A stretch of DNA of 36,682 nucleotides from Basidiobolus ranarum (lineage: Eukaryota): contig JASJQH010006933.1 in assembly GCA_040143965.1 (NCBI GenBank), positions 1-36,682 on the forward strand, given 5' to 3'. The position numbers and the translations under genes are program-made. Under the pieces are notes generated by a model, which worked only from the letters and a program-made list of their open reading frames with translations, was not told the origin of the DNA and made no database searches. Positions within the stretch are counted from its first letter, which is position 1. Each line of letters begins with the position of its first letter. Of this stretch, positions 11,996-25,069 are shown one piece after another.

Positions 11996-13360
11996 CTTGG
12001 TGTAAAGAATGGATCCACGGGGAGAAGAAGCAACTGGACTTCAATCGAGCTATCAATCCACTCTTTATACCGCTGCAATGGTTAAATGAAAAAAGAACAG
12101 TTATTCCTTATATGAAGAGTAATAAATTCAAATGCCTTTCTAGGCTTGTGTTACGTTTTACAGCATCCAAAGCAAACTTCACGTTAACTCCTACCAACAG
12201 GTTCTCATCAAATCGGCCATTAATGTTAGCAGAAATCCTTGGTAAGTTGTGCAAAAACCCATAGGATTATTAGATAAGTGTTATACAACTTGGAGTGATA
12301 ATGAGATTGATCATCCTACAATGTCTTGCTTACGTACACAAGTCAGTATTGATGAGTGTTTTACTAGAGACATCATACGATTACGAGTTTTGTCTAAATT
12401 AAAATTCTCGTTTGACAAACTCCAACTAATCCAAATCGAAAACACCAGGATTACAATATGGGAAGATATGTCTTATTATTCCTGCCACTTGAATGCTCCA
12501 TCTTTATCTTTGCACCAAAACATCAGGTGGCAAACAACAGTTCTGCATGATAAATTTGTGAACACCAAAATGACTCCTTGTTGTGGGACATCACTGAAAT
12601 TGGTTAGCACTCAAAAGGGAAAACTTACATGAAATTATGAATAAATTTAGCATGATTAGAAATCTGCCAATCTTGGAGAATACTTATTACCCATGTGTCT
12701 GATCGATCCAATTCTTGACAAGTTTCGGAATGTCAGATGACAAGACGCTTCAAAAGCTGGCCATCCCAAGAAGACCCGATCATAAGTTATAGGCATCAAA
12801 GCTATGTATATCGAACTGGTTTTGATCACGATCGCGACCGTAACATCTTTATTCTGATCTTTACCCATGCGGTTCCGCAATACAATTCAATCAGGTTCCA
12901 GAGGTACAAAATACTTGTTACGGCGCGATGCCTCTCGAGGATGCAGCTTCAAATCCCTCGATGTTTTCTGTTGACGGCTGTACTCAATGAGATTGGTGGA
13001 AGTCTCTTACTGTATATATTAGGCAAGGTTATTAGTTGGATTTCTGTCCGCAGAAAGCTACTTGTGAGATGTATAAGAGGTTTAAATAGGCAGATTAGGC
13101 AATGGCTGGTTTGCTGATCTTCGATATGGTTTCAGGCGACGTTGGTGCTTGGTTTCTTCATAATGCGTGCAATACTTTCTGGATGATTTTTATTTTGTAA
13201 TTACATTCAATCGCCTCATAGTATATATGACGTGTACAGAGTCAAGAACCATCACTCTGGAAAATAGGTGATTGAGGTTTTATGAAATCTGATAAAGCTC
13301 TGATATATAAGCTTAGTCTAAGCCTCCTGTTGTTGTAGCTTCAGCAGCGAAAGACGACAT

Positions 13361-14329
13361 ATGGTACCAACTGCTCAGAATTTTGTGTACAAGAGAGTGC
13401 AAGGAGTTGACATAGATGTTGATGTTTATCACACAGCATCTTCCGCTCCAAGCGGTAAATCTCCTGTAGTGATTTTTTTACACGGTGGAGGCTTCGTTCT
13501 TGGCAATAAGAATGCCATACCACGATACCTTCTTGAAGAGGTCACTAAACGTGAATGGATTTTAGTCTCTGCAAATTACCGCCTAGCTCCTCAAGCACCT
13601 CTCAAAGAGATATACGAAGATGTGGTTGATGTTGTAACTTGGACTAGGGAGGAGTTACCAAAACTCCTCAACAACTCTGTGGATGCCGAGAAAATTTCAC
13701 TGTGGGGTTCCTCCGCCGGAGGAACTTTAGCTCTTTTAGCTGGTGCTTATTGTAAAATTCCCCCTAGCGCTCTTGTGGCTTTCTACCCTGCAACTGACTT
13801 CTCACCGACTGCAAAAATAGGTTCATCAGCAAAAAATAATTCTCTAGATTGTCTTCCCGAGGAATTAAAGGAAGTAGCACAAACTCCTCCTGTCGTAGTT
13901 GAAACTCCTTTTGTGATAAACCCGGCAACTGGAGGACCAGATTTTCAAAAATCCGCTAGTCATCCACGTTATCAACTCTTCGCCTTTGCTAATAAAAATG
14001 GGTGCAGTCTACAAATGATGACCGGAATCAACCCTAACTCTGAGGCTGAGATACCTAAATTTAAAGATATCTCACCCTTGAATCAAATTCATGCAAACTA
14101 TCCACCAACTTATCTTGTACATGGCGATGCAGATACTATGGTGATCCCTGAACATTCTCTGAATATGACCAAGGCCCTCGAAAAGGCGGAAAGAAAGGTT
14201 AGATTGGAGATGGTCCCAAAGAAAAATCATGTTTTTGATTTTGACATCCGTCATGGTACTGAAGAGTATCAGACATATATTGCACCAATATTTGACTTCT
14301 TGGAACTGGAATTCGGTTTAGCGAAGTAA
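13361..14329 (+). CDS. Alpha/beta hydrolase (HSL-like / BD-FAE-like esterase)
   Basis: HGGG oxyanion motif, NYRLAP, GSSAG nucleophile elbow, HGDAD and H(VFD) catalytic triad. Intronless. TATATAAG at 13304-13311. Confidence 0.9.
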   Translation: MVPTAQNFVYKRVQGVDIDVDVYHTASSAPSGKSPVVIFLHGGGFVLGNKNAIPRYLLEEVTKREWILVSANYRLAPQAPLKEIYEDVVDVVTWTREELPKLLNNSVDAEKISLWGSSAGGTLALLAGAYCKIPPSALVAFYPATDFSPTAKIGSSAKNNSLDCLPEELKEVAQTPPVVVETPFVINPATGGPDFQKSASHPRYQLFAFANKNGCSLQMMTGINPNSEAEIPKFKDISPLNQIHANYPPTYLVHGDADTMVIPEHSLNMTKALEKAERKVRLEMVPKKNHVFDFDIRHGTEEYQTYIAPIFDFLELEFGLAK

Positions 14330-14683
14330 CTGTGATCCATATAGTTTATTTATTTCAATTGATGTACTTGTGGCCTTGTTCCTATACCCTTACAAATGTA
14401 TGATAAAGGCTCATTCAGATATAGCTAGTAAAATGAAAATTTACGCCACATTTATAGCAGGTTCTGCTCGCGTTTAATCAAATAAACTGAGTATTTTGTT
14501 ATGATATGGCTAACGTTAGTAATATGGGCTAATAGTTGTAAAGTAAGTTTTCCTTTCTCAGTAGTTCTGTAAAGACTAGTAAGTCTTGACTCTATTTTCC
14601 ACAAATACAAAAACATGTGAAGTATATATCATTCAACTAACATGTTACGTTATTTTCATGGGACGTAGCCAGTTCGGTAGAAT

Positions 14684-15168
14684 TTATTTAGAATTGTTGC
14701 TTTCAAGCAGTTTGTTTACACTATCAATTTTATCTTGAATATGTGACTCCTTATCCAAACGAGTTCCTATACGAACACTAGAAATCACATCCATTAGTTT
14801 GTATTATTACAGAGGGAGAATGGAAAGGTTACAAATTTTAGAGTCATATATTCATACCTAGTTGAGACTCTAGGACAACCTAAAGCGTGAACGGCTTCAT
14901 GACATTTCTTGATAGCGTTGGATACAGCATCCCAGTCTCCTTCTATATTTGTACCATAGCCGTGCATCACATACGTTAACCCCGTGCTCTCTAAAGCCGT
15001 TTGGCAGGCTGCAATGTACTTGCTTACTGAACTCTCAACTCCAATAGGAATAACCTAGAGAAGGTGTGTATTTAGTTTGAGCTCTATATTGTATATCTCT
15101 GTAACTGCTAGCCCAATGTTAAAGAAGTAATCTCTTACACAAAAATCCGCCACGACGTAAAGACTCAT
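14684..15168 (-). CDS. ECM15: UPF0045 / thiamine-binding-protein family (Ecm15/MTH1187-like), 3 exons; absent from the ORF track
   Basis: Spliced product MSLYVVADFCVIPIGVESSVSKYIAACQTALESTGLTYVMHGYGTNIEGDWDAVSNAIKKCHEAVHALGCPRVSTSVRIGTRLDKESHIQDKIDSVNKLLESNNSK. Introns GTAAGA..CTAG (15138-15055) and GTATGA..CTAG. Confidence 0.88.
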
Positions 15169-15539
15169 CTTCAAGTGTTAAGAAAATCAAGAGAGGTGTT
15201 GTTTCGTTTACTAATAGAAAATTGGATGTATTTTAAAATGACGTGTTACAGCAACTGTAATCACATGATTCAAGTAATCCGATTGTATTGCAAACCAATA
15301 GCTAAGTCAAGTTGCATATCTCATTTGAAAACTAGTTTCTAACTATATTAATATTTCATAAGAAATTGGAAATAAGAATTTAATCAATGCAGAAAGCGAT
15401 ATTATTTGAGCTGCTTTATTAAAAATTATATTGCAGAACTCAATGCAGCATTTTTGTCATAGGTGATGGTAGCATAAATAAACGATCAACTTGTCAACAG
15501 CGAGGGGTTGAGAGTTGTACATACGTAATGGATTTTCAT

Positions 15540-16604
15540 TTAGTTCTGAGCTTCCGAGTCTAAAGAAGCATAGCTGGGTAGAGGAGTGAAGTCGATTTGA
15601 TCTAGCCATTGTAATGCATCTGGATGGACCAATCTGATAGGAAGGATCGATATGAATTTATGCCTGTTGTCATTTACCATTTCAATTTTTGCGAGAAGTT
15701 GATGACTGATACTCAGATACTTTCCATGGCAATCATAACTTGCACCAGCATTCCTCATGGTTACTGGAAGACTTAGTGTAGAAAGAGTCACGCGTGATGC
15801 CTCTGAGCTATATCCCACAGTCTTGGTGATCACTCGATTACTTTTTTTAAGCACCAATTTCCCGTTCTTCGAAGATCTGTAGTATCCAACAGATTCATTT
15901 AAAGTAACTGAGAGTTTCCATGAAAAGAATACATCTACCAAAGATTCTAAACGAAATATGACGCTCAAAGAATCGTCTAGCGTGTAATCTACAGAGCTTA
16001 GCATCACCTGATAGCGTAGCATATTTTTCCACAAGCCACTAGATATTCCAAAATCGGTACATCTTGGTAATGTTCGCTGTATATAAATTGGCACTGATTT
16101 TATCAAGTTTTGTTGGAAGCCCATTGTCTCGATAATTCCATAAAGTCGATACTCGATTTTTCCGATGTTGGTTATGGTGGTTTGATCAGTATGGCTTGGT
16201 ATCTTTACAACGCAGTTGTACGAGTATTCTCCTGATCCTAGATAATACTCGGTACCTTGCCTTTCAAGGATCACACAAGTACTGGTACATCTTGTCTCTT
16301 GATTCTCCCATAGACCTAAACTCGCAGAAAATTCAGTCAATATTAATGACCGTTAAACTCCTGGATGTGTCAAGCACATGCTTGAAGACTCGAAACACTA
16401 ATAACTAACTCCGTTACCTGATAGCAGCTTTGTGGTAAAAACTCCCTTAAGTACCATGTGAATGGAATGAATTTTCAACGGCCTAAAGAGCTTCAATTCT
16501 AAGGATCCATGCAGACAAGAGTCGGGAGACTCTTCATTTACCAATACAGTATTCCCTAGTACACGCAATTCTAATGATGGGGCTTTGGGCCTGGATAAAC
16601 CCAT
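15540..16604 (-). CDS. Alpha-arrestin-like protein, 2 exons (16604-16418, 16315-15540)
   Basis: Arrestin-N pattern (L.GSLELKL..P.KI.SI...LKG; G.YSY....IP; GKIEY.L), arrestin-C pattern (LSISHQL) and C-terminal LPSY PY-like motif. In-frame intron 16417-16316. Confidence 0.75.
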
Positions 16605-17422
16605 GACAAACTAAAGGATTATCTCGTATATGCAATTGAAGCTAAACAGTAAGGAAATAATCCAATAATAAGCATGCAATAAGAAAATTTCCGCTATAGA
16701 ACGGACTGTAAGGTGGAAGCGCTCTCTTTTATAGTGGGTTCTATTTAGATCCAGCTTCAAGTTTTTATATGTATTATTGGCAACAACGCCATAAACATTT
16801 GATTGCTATTCAACTAACTTGGCCATATTCAGATGATCAGTAAACCGAAAAGTTAATCCTGTAAGATCTCCACTCGATGCCGTCGACCAGAAAAATGATA
16901 TATTGAATATGACTTATGTTCGATCCGCTCCACTTGCGACTACAAATGGCTTATTAATCAAGGGATCGCCTGTAACCATGGCAACGTTTCATTAGTTCTT
17001 CAATATTCTCTGGCCAGAAATAGCAAGTTGCCAAACTATTCATTTATTTCTCAGCGAACAGTGCGCTTCATTGGGTAAGCCAAAGGCAACATTGAAACTC
17101 AGAAATCGAACGAAACTCATCGAAATCCAGGCCTAGGTCAATATAATCACCGAACACTATCCAATACCATCAGGATCTCTTCAAGGTTGTTTATTAAATT
17201 GTTGAACTGGGTTCACAAATATCTCCAGAGATTGAGGGGAAATGAATGGAAAGCAATCTCGTATTCTATCAGTGTAATTCAAATGGTGCCAAATACAAAC
17301 AATATGCAAAGTCAGAGGATAAAATTGTATGAAAAGTGAATGACGTGCATAGACCGTCCTAAAGTGTGCATGGCAAGGGAAGCTTGACGAAATATTGAGG
17401 ATGGAAAATTTAAGGCATTTTA

Positions 17423-20400
17423 TCAATACTGCTTACGAATACGTCTTTGCATGCTGTGGAATTTCGGTACTAATGGAGAATCGGTAGTAGCCAAGGTCAC
17501 TAAATACTTGGTGATAGATTCATCAACAATTTTGGCCGGGAATGGCTCGAGATTCTCGTTATCCGAGTTCTCAACGCTGAGCCAGTCATTAAGTAGAAGG
17601 TATATCTCTTTGAACAAGAGCTCTAAGGATGCAGGTGTTTGCCAAGGGGGAAGTTTGGTTTCGAACATCGAGTGTAAAATTTCGAGAAGGGAAGTGTAAG
17701 GAGCGCCAACTTCGTGAAGAGTATCCACTACCCATCCTGGCTTCACATTTGCATAATTCTTGAGATTGTATCTTTCCAAAAGGTCACAGATTTTAGCTAA
17801 CGGAAATACATTTGAAGGGTAATATTTCTTCCCGATATCCTTCACTTTCTGACTCAATACTTGATATTGCTTAGCGTTGGAATTTTTCTGAGATTCTTCG
17901 TGAGTTTCTCGAACAATATGGCTCCAAATCTGTGCGATATACTCCTGATCATAATAGTCAGAGGTATAAAATATCAATAGCATGGTTTCGTAAAGTTTGA
18001 ATGGGAAAGCGAATTTGTTATAGAGCTGAGTAATGTCAAATAGCTGTCCATCTAATTCCGTGAGCGAGTCGAGATGCTCACCAGACTGCTTGATTGCATT
18101 GTAAATATCCATTTGCACCTGTGCCACTTCCAGTTTCTCTTCTAGCTCATTTGAGAACTGAGACTCACTCTCTCTACTTCCGCCAGGTGTAAACCCTTTC
18201 GAGTTCCCAATAGCAAGAGAAAGGTATTCAATACGAGCAGTTAGATCTAACCTGTACTCGACGGAATCTGCTAATCTACTTTGGACTCGGGCTGCTAATC
18301 CATATTGGCCAATCCTCACGTAATATTGCCAGAGCAAATCCAATTTTTGTAAAGTAAGGGGTTCTTTTTGAAGGTAATTTTCTAAGTAGGGAGTTTGAGC
18401 ATCCAATAATTGCTCTACAAATCCTTGAGCAATATACCAGTCATATAGTTGGTGATGGAATAGGATGTCACTTGATGATAGAGCTTCGTGGAATACCTTG
18501 CTTCTAAAAAGCTCAGCCTCGGCAAGAGTCATCCCAGTATCGCCACTGGAGATCTTGGTTTGCTTATAAATATTGTTGGCTGCGTGCAGAGTCGAAAAAA
18601 CATACTCATAATATCTTAGACGCTTTTTGTAATATTCCACACGAGGATCAGAAGCAGAGGCATTATCTTGGAAGAAGGTGATGCCATGACCAGCAGGGTC
18701 TTGCTCATTGGCACAGGCAAGACTGAGCTCCACGGCGCCGACATGGAACCGTAACGATTTGTATTCCTCACAAATTTCTTGTAGTTTTTCAAGAGGTAAA
18801 TGCTTGGCAACTTTTTTGAACAGTACGAAAGATTCTCGAAGCATCTTGTGCCTTTTCTCGGGGTCGTCGGTAGCTTTAGCCTGCTTTAATTGCTCAATCG
18901 CTTTGAATAATGCGACATCATCTAATGTACAAAACGATCCACATCGAGTTTGTAAAATATCACTGATCGACTCGACACTGATGTTTTGAGACGTTTGTTT
19001 GTCGATAATAGCGGCAACAATGTCCCGGCGAAGTTCGTGTCCCTTCATTGATATTAATAGATTTTCGAAAGTTAATTCGAGAAGTTGATTCTGAATGGTG
19101 CTAGAGACTCTGTGCATTATATCTGGCAGCCCATAGTCCAAAAGTAATGATATGAAGGAGATGGCTTCAATGCATAACGTCAAGAGTTGTTGCATTGACT
19201 GAATAGACTGTTGCTCCATTCTCCATGCATCTACTTCTCTAAATCCAGCCTGTAAGCTTGAGTGAACTTGCTGGGAAGGGGTTGTTTCGGAATAGAATTG
19301 TGGGTTCGCAGTCAGAAATTCTTTCACGTTGATTAGATTCTGCTGTATGGAAACCAATAAGGACATTGGTGCTGCTGTATGGAACTCTTGGTCGGTCATA
19401 CTTATAAAAGATTTCTTCCAAATGGGTTTTACTAAACGAGCGATATATAACGCTAAGCCATCATGTCGACCACTATAAATAGGTTCAGATGTTGGTATAT
19501 GTCTTCCTAATTCGCTGCTGCTGCTGCTAGGAGAAGGTTGACGATCGACAAATATAGGCTTCCCTCCGTACTTAATAAACACTGCTTTGGCACCTATGAT
19601 GCTTGCTTGGTTAATCGAAACGTGAGGGCCAAATGGAGAGGGTTGTGGGCTGTTTAGGCTAGACTCAGTTACCGATGGATGGCCACATATGATCGCCAAG
19701 CACATAGCGCATATCTGAGCTTTACCATAATTGTCGATAAACGATATCAGATCTGCCTCTTGTGTTGATGGGCTAACAAGAAGCTGAACAAAAATATCGA
19801 TAGGTCGCTGTTTGACAATCAAATTGATTCCAGAATTAGTTAAAACCAGAAAACGTCTTGGTGGAAAAGCCAGTTGGGTTGCCAATTCGTTCAACACACG
19901 CTCATCATCGTTAGAATTGCATTGAAATGGATTATCAATCTCACTAATCGCCCATGTCTTGCCTTCGATGGTAGTTATCCCATGAAACTCGACAAGTGGG
20001 CATGTTTGTGACTGACTACCAATTTGGGTGATTTTTCCGGCATCGGGGGCCATACCAAGTAGAGAGTCCATTTCATCACTTACAGAATTAGCAGCTAAAA
20101 GAACGCCATTGGAATAGCAAGTCACATGGACATTGGATGCTCCAAGAGATCTATTGAATTCACCTACGGTTTTTGGAGTAGTCTCCAGGCTAGGTGGTAG
20201 CCTAACGTGTAGTAGCTCTAATCCAGTGGGTGGTGATTTAATATCACTGCGTAAGACATCCCCCATACCGCGGAACTCGCTTTTATGATGAGTAAAATAC
20301 AAACGGCAACCTAGAAAACATTAACTAGGTTATACAGTGTTCTGAACCACTATTTGGTATTGCAATAAAAACCTGTAGAAGTTACGCCGATAAGATTAAT

Positions 20401-21864
20401 CAGCTTCGATTCTGTAGGATATACAGAATGAAGTGACACAAGTTGGAATGATCTAGCATCAACTAGAGGCGAGGTGGGACATAGCTGAGAGGCATGTTGA
20501 CAGATATTGGTCATTTTGGTGACTCGAAGAAATTGATCTCCATCTTGTCCGAGGTAGATGACCTTGCGCATAAAAAGTTAGTAAATCGCAAAGCCAATTA
20601 ACCACAACATCGTATTTACCTCAATATTGGATTGTCTAGTTAAAGCATACAAAATGTTCCTCATTCCATCTAAGGCCATAAAAACAATAGGGTCTAATGG
20701 AAGAATGTTAACTAAACGCCAAATCATAGAAGCTAACTAATGCTACTAAACCTTCTGGACTTCTAAAAATCGTGGGAACAAATGTAGGTATAAGGGAGGA
20801 ATATGGAGAAGATGTGTGGTTGATTAAATAACATTTCTTGGTAAACCAGCCTTCTTCCGCCTTTGGATGAAAAGTTAGCTTGGGAGAGCTTTGAAAAATG
20901 ATCTATCTTAATGCATACCTGGTATGTGAGTTCATATAGATTACCATCACTTCCGCACATGAATATTCTCGCATTTTCGGTCCCAATGATCGAAGTCATA
21001 CTAACGTTATCGCTTTGAGCCGCCATCAGAGTGTTGTACAAAGTGATGTCGGTAGGAATCCTTTCCGATCCAGCAACTTGCACAGAACGCTCAGAAATGG
21101 AAAGTCCAAGAAGGATTATTTCCAAAGGAGTGGCCAATACCAAAATATAATGGACTTCTTCCACAAAGATACCTGCAGTAAATATGAAGAATAAGACTTA
21201 AGAAAAATAATTGATGAACAAATTTTGAAGATAATACCAGGCTTAGCTTTTGCCAATCCGACACTTGTAATAAGCTGATCTTGATCTTCATAAGTGTAGA
21301 AATCGTTTCTTTTGTTGAAAGATAAGTTATTGGTTGAAGGTATTGGATTGAATAGCTGAATCTTTACCCATCCTGGTAATTCCAAAGAAACAATCTGTGA
21401 TCGACGGTTATCCAAGCTCTATTAATTTCTGGGAAAAAACCCATAAAGCACCTGCATTGAAGTACTGTGAACTTGTTACCAAGTGAAAAAGAAGAATCAA
21501 GTATTTCCAGAATAGCTTACAATCGTATTGCTCAAACAATGCATCAGGTAGAGTTATAAGTCGCTTTTTTTGGAATAACTGCCATCCAAGAGTTTGGGGT
21601 TGTGAGTATTCACTCGAAGAGGAAGCTTAATAATTAACGGAAACAAAAAAACAATAAGTCTACATTGAATTTCAAAGTTTTAAGATATCAGTATATACAT
21701 CCTAAAAGATCCGCCAATTCCGGGTATTTCATGTCACTAATTAACTGAGTATCCAAGGCCTTAGCGGCAGTATTCAGCATATTATGGTAAGCTTCCACTG
21801 AGTTAGAGTCCATTTGAGCTTCAGAAGTAGGGAGCTTCTCAACTTCGGGTATTGTTAGCACCAT
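17423..21864 (-). CDS. NUP170: Nucleoporin Nup170/Nup157/Nup155 family, multi-exon
   Basis: 5' exons encode YPELADLL, FMGFFPEINRAWITVDN, ITSVGLAKAKPG, LVLATPLEIILLG, RIFMCGSDGNLYE and LIGVTSTG. The 959-aa terminal ORF has ELATQ..PPRRFLVLTN, SGRHDGLALYIARL, DLLWQYYVR, RIEYLSLA, LEEKLEVAQVQ and ITQLYNKFA. Internal exon boundaries were only partly resolved. Confidence 0.93.
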
Positions 21865-22707
21865 TTAAGAAGAATAACTAAGACAGACAAGTCTACTCAG
21901 AAACAAGTAAACGAAGTCAATCCTATTTTTGCCTACACAAAAAAGGTTTTATCCATAGATAGATCAAATCCAGACATCACGTCTATCGAAATGTCAGTAA
22001 AATAATTTCTATATTTTCAGTTTCATGGATTGCCTAATATATTTCAAGAATTAAAGTTACTTTTGATTGAAGTAAATTTGAATAAATGTAAAGCCAAATA
22101 TGCATGTGATAGCAATACCAGTCAATAAATCAAATTCCACCAAACATGCCTCCAATGGCTACCACTAGATAGATGAGTAAGAACAAAGATGGATAGAGAA
22201 TTAACTTCACATGCTAATCAAGTAACGAGTGTTGATCAGGAATTACAGTGGTTCAGGTCTACAAATATATTACTGCAAGAGAAGTAGTTGGTTGCTGCTA
22301 AGCATTGATCAGTCTCATGAAAGAAATAGTTGACAGTACGATGATATTCCTTCTGGTTTTATTCGCCAGACCATTGTGCTTTAGTTATGCTACATTGTCT
22401 TTTATATTAATAAAGATCCAATTCCCTATGATGTGTTGGGCAGAACGCTTTTGTACCAGCGTGAATTTCAGGTTCTTCTGACTCTTCAACTGTTTTGCGA
22501 TACGATGTTATGGATACCATATCTATGACTTCGGTAGACGGATGAAAGATATCAGAAACCTCAGGGTTTCATTTTTGATGGATTTATATTTGCTTGCCAG
22601 AGATGTGTATATAAAATCTAATTACTATTCACAATCTGAGTACTAGTCACAGTATTATGCTAGCAGAGAAGTACAGGCAGTGACCAAAAACATAAATATA
22701 TCAATTA

Positions 22708-23392
22708 TTACTCCTCTTCATTGATCTTGGATGTAATGTATTGCAAATAGCCCATATCTCCAATCTTGTCCTCTACCAACAATGGGACTTCGTTGAACAT
22801 ATCAAGAGTGACGCGCGAGGACTAGTTTTGGTGAACTGAGTAAGATATTTGAGGGCAAAGGTGAGACTGACCGGTTGATTCATTTCAATAGACAATGCTT
22901 CGGTTTCTTCACCAATGGTACTGTTTTGCTTCAAAGTGACGCTACCACATTTCTCCGTTGGCACTAAATTCTACTCCACCCTTGGTAGCCTCGGTGACCA
23001 CAGACTCACCTAGAATACTAATGGGTGGAATTCAGGTGCAAGGAGGGATATGATAGCGACATATATATGGTAACGGGAATATCCAAGTGCTCCGGGTCAA
23101 TATTCATGAGTTTCAATTCATACTCCGATACACGATCATTCGTAGGTGATTCAAGTACAGGACTCAATACATCATTATTGCCTTCACATTTGAGGATTTT
23201 CATCAAGCAATTGAAGTTGACAACCTAGGGGAGATTGCGGTCGCAACGGTAAGCCGTCAAAGAGATGACAACTAGAGCTCCGTTAGAACCATCCTTAGCC
23301 TGTAGAGAGATACCTGCATCATTATAGTGAAAATTAACCACTTGATCAGCCCTTTAATGACTTTAGCATTGAGCCTTGAGTGGTTCTAGCAT
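22708..23392 (-). pseudogene. POL30: PCNA (POL30) pseudogene with deletions, frameshifts and stops
   Basis: Fragments in changing frames: MLE..., VNFHYNDAGISLQA, YRCDRNL, KILKC, ESPTNDRVSEYELKLMNIDPEHLDIP, LGESVV, GSVTLKQN, IEMNQPVSLTFALKYLTQFTK, KIGDMGYL..., SKINEEE*. The 685-nt span is shorter than a full PCNA CDS and has no evident introns. Confidence 0.9.
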
Positions 23393-23449
23393 ATTAATAA
23401 GAGTACAAACATGGATCCACCAAAGTTGTATATCTATTTAAGAGTTATC

Positions 23450-24570
23450 ATTTGTTCTGTTTATAATGATCTGGTTTAGTCTGATGGACTTGATGTAGAA
23501 TCTGCATAATAATGATGCTTCACATTTGCACAGGTCGTTTCGCAGATAAATCTCTAAAATAAACAAACGTAATAGCTTCATTATCGTAGCTTCCCTTCAC
23601 ATCTACTCATATTATACTGAATATATCATGAATTTCAGATATTACTCTCTATTGGTTCAAGTATGGGATAATTGTATTGAGGATTATGTCCATTCGACAC
23701 ACAATATGTTGAGCTTTCTATACTTGGAGCCTGACTAACCTAGGCGGTTTAATGGAGAAAACCAAGATTTAGCTTATTCTCACGAATGAATTTGTTGCTT
23801 CTGAAGAAGCCATAAGAGCAAAAAAACCAAAATAAGAAGTTTTGTTGTCGCTGTTTGACCAGACAACTGTTAGGTTGGCTGATTCTGACATGACATGGTT
23901 TGGATCTGGTTCATCAAATATCTTGTAGGAAATGTGCTCTTAATTATTCAAGGTACTTTACGATACGTCCCTCTCTAAGCCTATATACTCAGAAATTTGA
24001 GAACATATCAAGAATGAGAGTATCTAGGTAGATAAACAAAAATCTCTGAAACCTAATATTTTCAATACCTTCGTATTTAAACATCACCAATATATCGTAG
24101 ATTGTCGCGGGTGTTTTGAAAGTAATGTTAATAAGATATCTTGGCAATACAATAACATCGTTAACACAATCCAGTTTGGACCACTCTAACAATGTTTTGA
24201 TGTTATTGCCTTTGCACTTAATAACATCATTGTACGAGATGATCATCTTCTCTTTCTCGGTATTTACCGACACCGTCTAGTTATAAGAATGAATTATGTG
24301 GATCTATTTCTATTGAATTGTGAAATCTTCTTGGAATCGGATTTAGGAATGGAGATGCTACCCTTCAACTGCTAAAAATTGGCTCCTTCGATGCACTTTT
24401 GGATCTAAGAGAAGTCGTTGTTTTTAATGTCCAGTCCTTTTATTACCTTCCACATAACTAGATAAATTAATTCCTACGCCTTTACTGATAATAGATGACT
24501 TGTGTTTGATCAAGCCAAAGGAGATGTATCAAGATGACTGAGGCTATGCCTACAATTACCTATTTATAAG
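23450..24570 (-). pseudogene. Decayed coding-like sequence of unknown family
   Basis: Orphan TATAAATA at 24561-24568 (minus strand), followed by successive protein-like reading stretches broken by stops: MWKVIKGLDIKNNDF*, the 94-aa ORF 23989-24273, and HISYKIFDEPDPNHV...WSN...GFFRSNKF. Confidence 0.3.
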
Positions 24571-25069
24571 CATATCTTAGGATATTACTGATCGATTCAC
24601 ATCAGTCAAACATGCATAAGGCACCCAGTTGAGACAGGATTTTCGGTGTAACTCTTCAGTGATCTTCTGTCAAACTACTTTGATTTATGTAGATTTGTAT
24701 AATATCGTTGCCAAACACGTATGAATTGGAAGACGTGGATGTACATTATGAAATGGTCTAGAGCCATACAATTCTCCTGGTGCTTGGACACGTGGTGAGT
24801 GGCTCAGCTGAAATGGATTACTTGAGTTACTTCAGTGAATATCAGTCAATGGACTGCTTATTTGGACCAGCTGCCTAACGGCACGTATGTAAAAAGTATT
24901 CTACTTAACATCGTCGAACCTGAGGAATTCCAGATTACAAATACCCGTTGTGTTTCTTAAAACTAGGCACTAAATAATGAACTTTGTTTTGTTTATTTTG
25001 ATAGACAAGAGTCTAGCTTTTCTCGAATCTACTTGGTCACAAAATGTATATAGTGCTATTTTAATCAAT

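Noticed and set aside
12249..13117. Two 126-127 aa ORFs and an antisense 74-aa ORF
   Set aside because: No recognisable motifs or convincing splice structure. Could be a decayed gene, but I cannot support a call.
14684..15300. TPP riboswitch in the introns or leader of the thiamine-binding-family gene
   Set aside because: No CUGAGA-containing aptamer core is visible in the short introns or the 5' region.
23700..23930. Resemblance of WSN...FFRS...GF to Kre2/Ktr (GT15) mannosyltransferases
   Set aside because: Spacing and flanking motifs (YYWRVEP, RWGDAP) do not match convincingly.
24770..24950. LGHVVS motif suggesting a second Gypsy RT fragment
   Set aside because: Isolated motif without colinear RT or RNase H neighbours.
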